64,000 bases of DNA. It comes from a virus. Taxonomy: Duplodnaviria; Caudoviricetes. Positions 19,577 through 29,575 of the stretch are shown one piece after another (positions within the stretch are counted from its first letter, which is position 1; the number at the start of each line of letters is the position of its first letter). Location: IMG/VR virus record IMGVR_UViG_3300021124_000001. One strand, 5' to 3'. The notes beneath the pieces were generated by a model. The model saw only the letters and a list, made by a program, of their open reading frames with translations. It had not been told where the DNA came from and did not search any database. A program made the position numbers and the translations under genes.

Positions 19577-21400
19577 ATGAAATCATTTAAACAACTAATT
19601 GTCGAAAATAAAGAAGATTCCAAACCGGTGGTTATGGCTTTTGGCCGAATGAATCCACCAACAACAGGTCACATGAAGTTGATCGATAAGGTGCGTGATA
19701 TTGCAGATAGAGAAAATGCTCCACATGCGGTTATAGTTTCTCATTCACAAGATTCCAAAAAGAATCCACTTAGTGCACAACAGAAATTAAAACATTTGCG
19801 CCGTTATTCACCCGGCACACATTTTATTGGTTCTTCTTCCGCACAGCCAACATTATTGCATCATGCGGCTGAATTACACAAAATGGGACACAGACACCTT
19901 ATTATGGTTGCAGGTTCAGATCGTGTCAAGGAATATCACGACCTATTAAACAAATATAATGGTGTTGAAGGTAGACACGGTAAATACAACTTCAACAAGA
20001 TAGAAGTTCGATCTGCTGGACACCGTGATCCAGATGCTGAAGGCTCAGAAGGTATGTCTGGCACTAAAATGCGTCAACACGCACAACACAAAGATTTTTC
20101 ATCATTTAGACAAGGTGTGCCAAGTCACGTTTCTGATGAACATGCTAAAGAGCTTATGCATGACGTTCGAAAGGGAATGGGTTTACATGAATCGGCCAAT
20201 CATGGTTACCACAAAGCAATTTTCGTCACTGGTGGTCCAGGATCAGGCAAAGATGTTGTTATTCGTGAATGTATCGCAGAACAAAACGTGATGGAATTCA
20301 ACTTCACTCAAGTTATGGATGTATTGAATGATAAACATAAGTTAGCAATGCGTTCTATGAATCCACGTACAGAATCAATTCGCACTGGCAAACCTTTGAT
20401 TATTAATGGTCCAGCAGATGACAGTGAAAAGATTGCACACATCAAAGAAGAATTAGAAGAACTTGGATACAAGACAATGATGGTTTTTGTGGACACCACC
20501 GATGTTGTAAGTAAAGAACGTAATACTCTACTATCCAGAATGATGGCAGAGTCCATTCGCCATGACCGTTGGAACAAAGCACAAAATAATATCAACCTAT
20601 TCACAAATTTATTTACAAATTTTGTCCGTTTTGACAATACAGGTGATTTGGAAAATAACATAGATAATATCACAGAAACATATCAGATTACAACTCAATT
20701 CTTAGATAACAGTATAAAAGAAAATAACAGATTCTTATCGTTATATGAATCAAAACAAGGAGCCAAGGCTATTCAGAAAGCCAATCTTGCTTCTAAAGGT
20801 TTCAAAGTATTGAAAGACAACAATAGTCCTATCATGCAATTTCAAGCCAAGTTAGGCAAGAGAGATGATGTTAGAGATGGTGACATCAAAATGAATGGTG
20901 GTTACTCTAAGATTGGTGGACAGGCTTTCTCATATGCAGAAGATTCTGAGCCTAAACTCATTAAGATGCCTGAACCAAAAGAAGCTAACTTTAATAAAGA
21001 TGCAGATAAGATTCGTTTAAAGAAATTTGGTGATCGTTCACTGAAAGCTGGTCGTATTGGCAACACAGATGGTGTTGGTTCAACTTTCGATACAAGAGGA
21101 AGTACTCCAGCCGCTGGCGCAGGCTTGGGTGACCAAGGAACATATAGAGAATCTACAGAATATAGCAATGATGATGTTGCAGACTTCTCAGCCAAACCAA
21201 GAGGTGTTAGTCCTAATCCATTGGCTGAGAAGAAGAAGTTGAAAAAGTTTAAGGAATCAATCTTCGATTTCGGTCAAGGAGATTCTGGTGTAAGTGGCAC
21301 TCTTGGTGGTGCTGGAAATAAGGAAGACTTTGTTAAGCCAATTGAAAAGTTTGGCCAATCAGGTATCACAATCAAAAAGAAAAAAACAGGAGCAAAATAA
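19577..21400 (+). CDS. cytidyltransferase-like (HxGH-class) NTase fused to a P-loop kinase domain
   Basis: FGRMNPPTTGH, AGSDR, MSGTKMR; second domain GGPGSGK; MKSFKQLIVE leader. Confidence 0.8.
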   Translation: MKSFKQLIVENKEDSKPVVMAFGRMNPPTTGHMKLIDKVRDIADRENAPHAVIVSHSQDSKKNPLSAQQKLKHLRRYSPGTHFIGSSSAQPTLLHHAAELHKMGHRHLIMVAGSDRVKEYHDLLNKYNGVEGRHGKYNFNKIEVRSAGHRDPDAEGSEGMSGTKMRQHAQHKDFSSFRQGVPSHVSDEHAKELMHDVRKGMGLHESANHGYHKAIFVTGGPGSGKDVVIRECIAEQNVMEFNFTQVMDVLNDKHKLAMRSMNPRTESIRTGKPLIINGPADDSEKIAHIKEELEELGYKTMMVFVDTTDVVSKERNTLLSRMMAESIRHDRWNKAQNNINLFTNLFTNFVRFDNTGDLENNIDNITETYQITTQFLDNSIKENNRFLSLYESKQGAKAIQKANLASKGFKVLKDNNSPIMQFQAKLGKRDDVRDGDIKMNGGYSKIGGQAFSYAEDSEPKLIKMPEPKEANFNKDADKIRLKKFGDRSLKAGRIGNTDGVGSTFDTRGSTPAAGAGLGDQGTYRESTEYSNDDVADFSAKPRGVSPNPLAEKKKLKKFKESIFDFGQGDSGVSGTLGGAGNKEDFVKPIEKFGQSGITIKKKKTGAK

Positions 21401-22500
21401 TGTTTACCAAATCATCAGTATCACAAGCACTTATCGATGCTACAAGAGCAATCATGGAAGCAGATGACAAGAAAAAGATGCTTTTGGAGCCAGAATTAGA
21501 TGAGACTGGTTTCCACAAGGCAGCACATGCGGCTAAAAGAGCAAATCAATCTCACTTTGAATTTCAAGGTAAGAAATATCCAGTGACTGCAAAGCACCAC
21601 TCTGAAGGTATGGTTCCTCCAGAAAAAATTGGTGGCCAAATTGCAAAGAAAAAAGATGACAAGGCAGCGGCATCTGGTCATCCAGCAGATGTGCGTGAGG
21701 AAGATGAGAAGGATAGTCCATTCAACTGGAAAGGAAAGCCTAGCCAGATACCTAAGAAGCCTGGTGCTTTAACTGGTCACGATTCTAAGAAGACTTCTAC
21801 AGGTACAGTGTTTACCAAGAAATTCAAGAAAGACAAAGAAGAAGTTAAAGAAGAAGCACATCCAGACGAGAAAGAAGACAAAGCTCTTGTTAAGAAGATG
21901 GTTAAAACTTCCGCTTTGAAAAAGGAAGAAAGTGATTGCGTAACACCACCACAAGCAAAGAAAATTGCTCACAAAGAAGTTGGTAAACATGAAAAAGAAA
22001 TGCACAAAGAGGAAGAAGAACGCCATATGACTAGTGGTGAAAAAGAAAAGCGTGAAAAGATTGTCAAGTCTATGAAAAAAGGTTTGGCAGGCTTCAAATC
22101 ACGCTATGGTGATCGTGCTAAGAATGTGATGTATGCAACTGCTACAAAACAAGCAATGAAACATGAAAATCTAGGCGGCATCAGTACAATGAGTGAAGAA
22201 GATGATGTTCGCATTGAGCCTGACGAAAACATGAAGACTAAGACTGTTGATACATTGGCAGGTCGTGTTAAAGTTGGTGCCGATTATCACAATAAAGCTA
22301 AGTCATATAAAGTTAAGTTGAATGTGGAAGAACAAAATGTTGCAGAAGGTAAAGGTACTGATGTTGATCCTAATTTTGTTACAAATGAATCCACACCATT
22401 GAAAATGGCTAAAGAATTGGCTAAGAAATCTTTTGGTAAAATCCGTAAAGAAATGCTTGGACCAGCTGGTGGAACCACAGAGGAAAAGAAAAAATGGTAA
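21400..22500 (+). CDS. K/E/H-rich low-complexity virion protein (putative internal head protein)
   Basis: Charged modules separated by hydrophobic-x-E sites. Confidence 0.55.
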   Translation: MFTKSSVSQALIDATRAIMEADDKKKMLLEPELDETGFHKAAHAAKRANQSHFEFQGKKYPVTAKHHSEGMVPPEKIGGQIAKKKDDKAAASGHPADVREEDEKDSPFNWKGKPSQIPKKPGALTGHDSKKTSTGTVFTKKFKKDKEEVKEEAHPDEKEDKALVKKMVKTSALKKEESDCVTPPQAKKIAHKEVGKHEKEMHKEEEERHMTSGEKEKREKIVKSMKKGLAGFKSRYGDRAKNVMYATATKQAMKHENLGGISTMSEEDDVRIEPDENMKTKTVDTLAGRVKVGADYHNKAKSYKVKLNVEEQNVAEGKGTDVDPNFVTNESTPLKMAKELAKKSFGKIRKEMLGPAGGTTEEKKKW

Positions 22501-23537
22501 GCAAAGCTAAAGAATTGGTGAAGGGCATTGTAAAAAATGCCGCACCAAAGTCTACTTACGCCACTGATCCCAACGATCCATGGTCTGCAAAGGCCGGGAT
22601 CGCTGAGAACGTGACTTCACGCCGTGCAGACTTATTAAAAAAGTTCTACAAGGCTAAAGGTTACAACATCGATTATGTTTCCAAAAATCAACGTGTTGGT
22701 CAAGCAAAGACTGGTGAGTTTGATAAATGGAAGGCAGATCATGGCATTTATGAAGAAGATACTATCGATGAGGGTGTAACTTATGAGCCTGCATCCGGTA
22801 AACCTTCTAAAACGAGTGCGGGACACACACTTGTTGGTCACTCATGGCATTCAGATGGCACTAAACACGCCAATATTATGAAGCATGGTGAAACAGGTAA
22901 ATACTTTGCGGCTGGTGGAAGTTCTTCACATCCAACCAAGACTACCACATTTCATGATTCACCTGAAGAGGCTGCGAAAAGTAAGAAGATGTCTGTCGAA
23001 GAAGAAACTGCTCCAATTGCAGTTAAGAAGGTTCGCTCACACACTGCTGATTCTCCTACAGCTAAGAGAACACACCAATTAAATAAAGCCTCAACAATTG
23101 GAACAATAAAACCTGTTCATTTTCCAAACTCCAGTGGTTTGAGAAAAGAGGATAATATTAATGATCCACAATGTGCTACACAATCTCCTTTTGATGGTGG
23201 AACTACACCAGATGATGTTGCACCAAAGAAATCTAAGGCTGGTAAAATGGTCAAAGAAATCTATGCTAAACGTAGACTGAAAGAAGACTTGTATGACCAC
23301 GAAAAGGACGATAAAGGTCCTGGTACATCCAGTAAGCAACCAAAGGTCATCAAAAAGGTTGAAGTCAATGATGATAATGAAAAGGGAACAAATGCACGTA
23401 TGGTTCTGAAGGGTGGAACCACACTAACAGGTGAAAAGCGAGACACTATTGAAATCGATCCTATGTTGAAAAATCGTAGTAAGACCGCCGATTATTTGGA
23501 CCAAGACCCTAAGAAGCAACAGCTAAGAACAAAATAA
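22494..23537 (+). CDS. charged modular hypothetical protein (putative internal head protein)
   Basis: Same composition, late operon. Confidence 0.55.
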   Translation: MVSKAKELVKGIVKNAAPKSTYATDPNDPWSAKAGIAENVTSRRADLLKKFYKAKGYNIDYVSKNQRVGQAKTGEFDKWKADHGIYEEDTIDEGVTYEPASGKPSKTSAGHTLVGHSWHSDGTKHANIMKHGETGKYFAAGGSSSHPTKTTTFHDSPEEAAKSKKMSVEEETAPIAVKKVRSHTADSPTAKRTHQLNKASTIGTIKPVHFPNSSGLRKEDNINDPQCATQSPFDGGTTPDDVAPKKSKAGKMVKEIYAKRRLKEDLYDHEKDDKGPGTSSKQPKVIKKVEVNDDNEKGTNARMVLKGGTTLTGEKRDTIEIDPMLKNRSKTADYLDQDPKKQQLRTK

Positions 23538-23578
23538 CAATAAATAGGTAGATTACCTTACACATCAAGGAGAAAAAA

Positions 23579-24283
23579 ATGTCCTCATGGGGAAAATTAG
23601 ACGCAAGCAACAATGCACCTAAATGGGCAACTGCTCGTGTTAACGTTAGACAAAATGCTAACAACACTGCAAACTTATTCAACAACACTACAGCCAACTA
23701 TTGGGCATCTACATTGGCTGATGGTTCCGTAAGAAACAATAACGTTACTATTGGTCTTTTCAACGTTGATAATCAAGAAGAACAAGTTACTGAAGCAACA
23801 TCAGCAACTACAGGTCGCCCACCACACTCTGGTTGGGTTCTAAAAACCACAGGTTCCGGCGGCCGTGCTGGTAGAATCACACAAGAAACCTTGGTTTGCT
23901 TGAATTCTACTATTGGTGATGCTGACGGTCAAATTTACGCCAACGTTCAAATCACTTTGGTTACTTCTGGTTCACAGACTGTAAACTCCAACACATCATT
24001 CACCAACGTTGCATCATTTGTTGTTACTCCAACATTGGTTGGAAATACAGCGGCTGCCTTGACATACAACTGGCAATACAACAACTCAACCGGTTCTTAT
24101 GGTTGGGCAACTATTCCAGCAAACACAACAAGTATCCACTTCTCTGGAAACAATACTTCTACGTTGTATGCAATGCCTGGTACTACCGCAAACAACACGA
24201 ACGTGTTCCGTGTGGTTGTAACTGCCGCAGACGAAGGTGTGGTTGCTACATCAGCCAACGTTACTCTAAACGTTCCTGCTTAA
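23579..24283 (+). CDS. virion structural protein with C-terminal Ig-like domain (Hoc-like decoration)
   Basis: LTYNWQ...W...FRVVVT...TSANVTLNV Ig pattern; high-expression codon usage; late promoter-like ATAAATA and terminator. Confidence 0.7.
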   Translation: MSSWGKLDASNNAPKWATARVNVRQNANNTANLFNNTTANYWASTLADGSVRNNNVTIGLFNVDNQEEQVTEATSATTGRPPHSGWVLKTTGSGGRAGRITQETLVCLNSTIGDADGQIYANVQITLVTSGSQTVNSNTSFTNVASFVVTPTLVGNTAAALTYNWQYNNSTGSYGWATIPANTTSIHFSGNNTSTLYAMPGTTANNTNVFRVVVTAADEGVVATSANVTLNVPA

Positions 24284-24288
24284 ACAAT

Positions 24289-24308
24289 AGGGGCTTCGGC
24301 CCCTCTTT
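24289..24308 (+). terminator. rho-independent terminator
   Basis: AGGGGC-TTCG-GCCCCT followed by CTTT. Confidence 0.85.
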
Positions 24309-24311
24309 AAC

Positions 24312-24698
24312 ATGTTTGATGAATTGAATGAAGACAACTTTGTAATGTATGCGGCCAAAAGCTATACATCACCGAATTGTTTACAATCTGAATTTGAGGG
24401 TGATCTGAAAAGGACAAAGTATCTTAAACGACTCTTGCGTAGATATAAAATCACCAAGAGTCTAAAAGAGAGATTGATTCTGAATCATATCATCCTTCTT
24501 AATAATGTTTTTGGTCCAGAAGCTACTGCCAGAATATTATTTTTTAGAATTGATGAAAAAGATTATGATGTTTTAAAGACATTTTTATTATATCTTAATA
24601 TATTGCCAGAGGTAATCAAAGGTATAAGAGGCAATAATATAAGAACAGATGTTATCCCCGTAGACATGAATGTTGCAGATATACTGAGGAAGATATGA
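24312..24698 (+). CDS. T4-like-phage hypothetical protein
   Basis: ORF, LKERLILNHII.L.NVF motif. Confidence 0.75.
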   Translation: MFDELNEDNFVMYAAKSYTSPNCLQSEFEGDLKRTKYLKRLLRRYKITKSLKERLILNHIILLNNVFGPEATARILFFRIDEKDYDVLKTFLLYLNILPEVIKGIRGNNIRTDVIPVDMNVADILRKI

Positions 24699-25627
24699 AA
24701 AGTTTCAAACAAATCAGAGAAGAAGAAAAAAAGAAATCTTTGAGAACCAGTAATCCATGCTGGACTGGATATCATCCTGTTGGTACAAAACAAAAAGGTG
24801 GACGTACAGTTCCGAATTGTGTGCCGGAAGAAGTTGAAGATGTGACGGAAGGTTGGAAAGAAAAAGTTGGCGCGGCCGTATTGGCTGGTGCCATGGCAAC
24901 TGGTGCTGGTGCCAAGACTCCAAAAGTTCCACTACAACATGCAATCGATAATGCAACCATTGTATATAATAACAACAAGTTTATTAAAAAACAAATTAAA
25001 AAATACAAAGAAAAAGAAAAGGCTGCTGATAAACAGGTTAAAGAAGAAAAAGATCCAGAATACTCTGATCCATACATGGCCATCAATCAATTACGTACCA
25101 TCATGCACAATGCACAAGAGATGATGGACTTGATTGGTGACAAAACGGACTTACCTGAATGGGTCGAATCTAAGATTACATTGGCAGAAGACTACATCAT
25201 GACTGTTGCCAATTACATGCGTAGTGAACTTAAAGAAGAACACAATCCAGATGCAATGTTTGACATCGTTGAAGAACTTGTTATGGAAATTGCAGAGACA
25301 CACAACATTGATCCTGAACAAATCTGGGAAGACCTAGAAGACGTTTCAGACGAAGAACTTTATGAGTCTGCCGCATGGCGCCGTAAAGAAGGTAAAGACC
25401 CTAAGGGTGGTTTGAATCGCAAAGGTGTTGCATCATATCGTAGAGAAAATCCAGGTTCAAAATTGAAGATGGCAGTTACAACTCCACCATCAAAACTGAA
25501 AAAAGGTTCTAAGGCCGCTAATCGCCGCAAGTCGTTCTGTGCAAGAATGGGTGGCATGAAAGGTCCTATGAAGAAAGATGGTAAACCAACTCGTAAAGCG
25601 TTGGCACTAAGAAAGTGGAACTGCTAA
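24695..25627 (+). CDS. modular protein with capsid-targeting N-terminus
   Basis: MKSFKQIREE leader; PCWTGY..VPNCVPE module; C-terminal RRKSFCARM...RKWNC module. Confidence 0.7.
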   Translation: MKSFKQIREEEKKKSLRTSNPCWTGYHPVGTKQKGGRTVPNCVPEEVEDVTEGWKEKVGAAVLAGAMATGAGAKTPKVPLQHAIDNATIVYNNNKFIKKQIKKYKEKEKAADKQVKEEKDPEYSDPYMAINQLRTIMHNAQEMMDLIGDKTDLPEWVESKITLAEDYIMTVANYMRSELKEEHNPDAMFDIVEELVMEIAETHNIDPEQIWEDLEDVSDEELYESAAWRRKEGKDPKGGLNRKGVASYRRENPGSKLKMAVTTPPSKLKKGSKAANRRKSFCARMGGMKGPMKKDGKPTRKALALRKWNC

Positions 25628-25842
25628 TGAAATCGTTCAAAACATTCATCAATGAAGACGGCATGGGTGGAGGTGCTATTGCAGTTCCTGGCCCAACAAA
25701 CACTACAGGTGGTGGCCAAGTTGCAGGTATGGGTCAGCCACCAGGTAGTAAATCAGGTGAACCTGGTGTTTATCTGAAGAAAAAGAAAGCACACAACCCT
25801 ATAATGATGGGAATGGGAAGCAGAAAACCACCAAAGGTGTAA
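25627..25842 (+). CDS. small Gly-rich protein with capsid-targeting N-terminus
   Basis: MKSFKTFINE. Confidence 0.7.
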   Translation: MKSFKTFINEDGMGGGAIAVPGPTNTTGGGQVAGMGQPPGSKSGEPGVYLKKKKAHNPIMMGMGSRKPPKV

Positions 25843-25843
25843 A

Positions 25844-26272
25844 ATGTGGATTTTAAAATGGTTGCCTGATTGGATTTTTTATGGTCTCTTACTAATAGGA
25901 TTGCTAGGGTATGCAGTAACTTATTTGTTGCGGTTTATACCAATACCAGCAATCTACATATACAAAACTCCAATACAAATAGTCTCGATAGCACTTGTTG
26001 TTATTGGGACTTTTATGTCTGGAGCTATACATGAAGAGGCCGCTTGGCTGGCTAGAGTGAAAGAGATGGAAGAAAAGGTTGCTGAAGTTGAAAAGAAATC
26101 AGAACAAACCAACACCGAAATACAAACAAAAGTTGTAACCAAGACTCAAGTTGTAAAAGAAAAAGGTGAAGAAATAGTTAAGTACGTAGACAGAGAAATT
26201 GTTAAATATGATTCTTCTTGTGTTATTCCTAAAGAGGTAGTAGATACTATAAATAAGGCAGCAGTAAAATGA
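25844..26272 (+). CDS. i-spanin-like protein
   Basis: N-terminal TMs, coiled coil, C-terminal Cys; adjacent to lipoprotein and endolysin. Confidence 0.65.
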   Translation: MWILKWLPDWIFYGLLLIGLLGYAVTYLLRFIPIPAIYIYKTPIQIVSIALVVIGTFMSGAIHEEAAWLARVKEMEEKVAEVEKKSEQTNTEIQTKVVTKTQVVKEKGEEIVKYVDREIVKYDSSCVIPKEVVDTINKAAVK

Positions 26273-26529
26273 AATATACATTAATTGCTCTTTTACTTTT
26301 GTGTGGTTGCACTACGACTGTTCCTGTTGTTGCTAAGTTTCCAAATGTACCTCCAGAATTGATGGAGAAGTGCCAGGAACTTAAAATTATATCGGAAGAT
26401 GCAAAGCTGAGTGATGTGACTAAAACTGTTGTAATAAACTACACATTATACAATGAGTGTTCTATAAAAATTGATGCTTGGAGTGAATGGTACCAAACAC
26501 AAAAAAAGTTATTTGAAAGTATAGAATAA
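26269..26529 (+). CDS. o-spanin-like lipoprotein
   Basis: Lipobox LLCGC, P..P.EL..C. Confidence 0.75.
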   Translation: MKYTLIALLLLCGCTTTVPVVAKFPNVPPELMEKCQELKIISEDAKLSDVTKTVVINYTLYNECSIKIDAWSEWYQTQKKLFESIE

Positions 26530-27152
26530 TGGAACTAACAGTACAACAATTAAAACAATTACTTCCAAGAAATCCTTATGTGGACCATTGGCATCATGCT
26601 TTGGCTCAATTGTTACCCGACTATGAAATCAATACACCACAACGTATTGCGGCCTTTCTCGCTCAGTGTGCCCATGAATCTGGTGAGTTTACTGCACTTA
26701 AAGAAAACTTAAATTATAAGCCAGCTACGTTGCGAAAGATTTTCTCAAAATACTTTCCTGATGATGCAATAGCAAATGACTATTGCTCACGTCCTAACAA
26801 GCAGGAAGCGATTGCGAACAGAGTTTACGCCAATCGTATGGGTAACGGAGATGAAGCGTCAGGAGATGGTTATCGTTATTGTGGACGTGGTCTAATCCAA
26901 TTGACAGGTAAAGACAATTACACTTGGTTTGCCGCAAGTCTTAATATTACTCCAGATGAAGCATCAGAATATCTACAAACATTCGAAGGTGCTTGCCAAT
27001 CGGCTTGCTGGTTCTGGGAAACCAATAGTTTAAATCAATGGGCCGACAAAGGTGACATCCTTACTATAACTAAGAAGATTAATGGTGGTACTATTGGTTT
27101 AGATGATCGCATCAAGCATTATGAAAATGCTTTACGTATTTTTGGAGCATAA
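26529..27152 (+). CDS. GH19 endolysin
   Basis: FLAQCAHES, ENLNY, GRGLIQLTG..NY, INGGT.GL.DR. Confidence 0.95.
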   Translation: MELTVQQLKQLLPRNPYVDHWHHALAQLLPDYEINTPQRIAAFLAQCAHESGEFTALKENLNYKPATLRKIFSKYFPDDAIANDYCSRPNKQEAIANRVYANRMGNGDEASGDGYRYCGRGLIQLTGKDNYTWFAASLNITPDEASEYLQTFEGACQSACWFWETNSLNQWADKGDILTITKKINGGTIGLDDRIKHYENALRIFGA

Positions 27153-27153
27153 A

Positions 27154-27432
27154 ATGCATGATAAAAAATTGTTCATCGGTGCATTAGCGCTTTTAATTGT
27201 CATACCTTGCACTATGGCAATTTTTGGTGGTGATAAGTTTCGTTATCCATGCCAAGATCCTGCAAACTGGGATAAAGACTTCTGTAAACCACCTATCTGT
27301 GATGTAACTAGAACATGTCCAGAACAAATTTTTAAGGGTCAACGTGATCCAAGACTTGGTGCACCAACACCAGAACCAGTGAGTGCACCAATAGCACCTG
27401 GTCCAAAACAAGGAGTGAATTGTGGAAAATAA
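27154..27432 (+). CDS. membrane-anchored Cys-rich protein of the lysis region
   Basis: TM segment then RYPCQDP..C.PP.C..C. Confidence 0.7.
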   Translation: MHDKKLFIGALALLIVIPCTMAIFGGDKFRYPCQDPANWDKDFCKPPICDVTRTCPEQIFKGQRDPRLGAPTPEPVSAPIAPGPKQGVNCGK

Positions 27433-27949
27433 TAACAATAATACATTAGTGCACATGATGTATACTGAAGAACAGTTGATGGCTCGACTGAAGTTCTTCA
27501 TTGGTATCTGTTTGGCCTTGACGCTAACAGGTATTGTCTTTGTTGTACTTTACTCTATCATTTTCATCACTCAGCCATTGAATGCTATTAGTCCTATTGA
27601 CCAAAAATTCTTTGAGATGATTATACCTATCGCTACTTTCTTGACTGGTACCTTATCAGGTATTATGTTAGCTGGTGGTGATAAAGATTTACAAGCGAAG
27701 GCACTAGAAGCGGCAAATAGACCAACTCCAATATCGCCACCACCAAATGCCAGCACAACAACCTTCAACTCAACACCTGCATTATCTCCAGCAACAGCAA
27801 CAAGTATGCCGAGTCCTTATGCAGGTTCGCCCTTGACAAGTACTGCAACACCATCATATACTAGCGGTGTTCCGTCTTCAGTGCCAATGGTAACTACCGG
27901 TTTTGGTGGTAAATTGGCTCCACCACCAGCACCACAACCAGAAATCTAA
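27422..27949 (+). CDS. two-TM protein with P/S/T-rich tail (holin candidate)
   Basis: Two hydrophobic segments; lysis context. Confidence 0.55.
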   Translation: MENNNNNTLVHMMYTEEQLMARLKFFIGICLALTLTGIVFVVLYSIIFITQPLNAISPIDQKFFEMIIPIATFLTGTLSGIMLAGGDKDLQAKALEAANRPTPISPPPNASTTTFNSTPALSPATATSMPSPYAGSPLTSTATPSYTSGVPSSVPMVTTGFGGKLAPPPAPQPEI

Positions 27950-27958
27950 GGAACTATC

Positions 27959-28147
27959 ATGTTGAAAAATATCATTCTAGCTTTGTCACTTGCAATCTTC
28001 TCTGTTGGTGTTGTCCACGCAGAAGCAGAAGTTAAAAAAGTTTGTGTCGACCAAAAAGATGCAAAAACCGGCAAAACCAAACAAGTTTGTAAAGATGTGA
28101 AGCAACACAAGAAACTTGAAGGTACCGAAGTCCCAGTTAAAAAATAA
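27959..28147 (+). CDS. small secreted protein
   Basis: Signal peptide, two Cys. Confidence 0.75.
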   Translation: MLKNIILALSLAIFSVGVVHAEAEVKKVCVDQKDAKTGKTKQVCKDVKQHKKLEGTEVPVKK

Positions 28148-28557
28148 TGGCTGACGGACTCGAAGTTGACGTTGGGATTCTAAAATCCCAAGTCAGCATG
28201 ATAACTAATCTGTGCAATAAGATGGACCAGGTCATTGAGAAACTGGTGGATCAGCACGACCGCCATATAGCAAAGGTGTATGATGACATGGATAAGCGCA
28301 GATCAGAGACTAACGAAGACATCAAAGAAATCCATCAACGCATAGATGCCGTTTTGGATAAAGTTAAGGGCACCGAAAAGGCCTTACTCGATGAAATGAA
28401 GGGTCTACGCAAAGAAATGCAAGACCACAATGCCAAAGAGAAGGAGTCTTTAGATAAACTTCTCCAATGGAAGTGGATGGTTGCCGGCGGCATACTTGTT
28501 GCATCTTGGTTGATTTCCCATGTAAAACTTGATACACTACTAACCGGCATCAAGTAA
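28147..28557 (+). CDS. coiled-coil protein with C-terminal TM
   Basis: Heptad pattern, KWMVAGG TM. Confidence 0.75.
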   Translation: MADGLEVDVGILKSQVSMITNLCNKMDQVIEKLVDQHDRHIAKVYDDMDKRRSETNEDIKEIHQRIDAVLDKVKGTEKALLDEMKGLRKEMQDHNAKEKESLDKLLQWKWMVAGGILVASWLISHVKLDTLLTGIK

Positions 28558-28573
28558 TTTTTTCTTTTATATT

Positions 28574-29575
28574 ATGAGTGTTTTTATTGATCGTACTTTT
28601 CTCCTCCAACTGGCACCAAAATTGCAGAAGTTCTCTAAAAAGAAGGACGATCTCTACAATTTTCGATGCCCTCTGTGTGGAGATTCTCAAAAGAATAAAC
28701 ACAAATGTCGAGGATATATCTTCCGTAAAAAGAATGACTACTTCTACATGTGTCACAACTGTGGTGCATCCACATCTTTCTATAACTTCCTAAAACAAGT
28801 TGATCCAGCTATGTTGCAGGAGTACTCACTAGAACTCTATCGCAATTCAGCCAATACAAATTCACCAGAGCCTGCATTTACAGAGTTCAAAGCACAACCT
28901 GTATTTAAAAAGAAGCCTAATCTTCCTTCTATTGCATCTTTGCCAGAGGAACACTTTGCAAAGCAATATGTAATCGGTCGCCAGATTCCTGAGTCATTCT
29001 ATGACAGCTTATACTATGCAGAAGAATTCAAAGACTTTGTAGATTCTTTCAATGTAGAGAAAGAAATCATGGCTGGTGATAAACGACTTGTTATTCCTTT
29101 TTACGACAAAGATGGAAACATGACAGGGTTTCAGGGTAGAGCATTGGGTGAGTCGAAGATACGGTACATCACAATTAAACTCATGGATGAAGTTCCAAGA
29201 GTCTTTGGCCTAGATCGTGTAGATGAAGAAAAGAAGATATTTGTCTTTGAGGGTCCTATCGATTCTATGTTTGTAGAAAACTCTATTGCGGTCGCCAGCT
29301 CGGCTTTAGATTCGGCCGCCAACTACCTAGATAAATCAAAAATCGTTCTGGTGTTTGATAATGAGCCTAGAAACAAAGAGATTATGAAATTGATGGAGAA
29401 AGCCATCGATAATCATTTCAATGTTGTTATTTGGCCAGAAATGATAGAAGAAAAAGACGTTAATGATATGATTCTTTCAGGATTTGACAAAGAAGAATTA
29501 TATGATATAATGGACAAACACACCTATGTTAATCTCCGTGCAAAAATGGAATTCGTGAATTGGAAAAAAGTATGA
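28574..29575 (+). CDS. 61: DNA primase gp61
   Basis: RCPLCGDS/CHNCG zinc finger, EGPIDS, DNEPRN. Confidence 0.97.
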   Translation: MSVFIDRTFLLQLAPKLQKFSKKKDDLYNFRCPLCGDSQKNKHKCRGYIFRKKNDYFYMCHNCGASTSFYNFLKQVDPAMLQEYSLELYRNSANTNSPEPAFTEFKAQPVFKKKPNLPSIASLPEEHFAKQYVIGRQIPESFYDSLYYAEEFKDFVDSFNVEKEIMAGDKRLVIPFYDKDGNMTGFQGRALGESKIRYITIKLMDEVPRVFGLDRVDEEKKIFVFEGPIDSMFVENSIAVASSALDSAANYLDKSKIVLVFDNEPRNKEIMKLMEKAIDNHFNVVIWPEMIEEKDVNDMILSGFDKEELYDIMDKHTYVNLRAKMEFVNWKKV

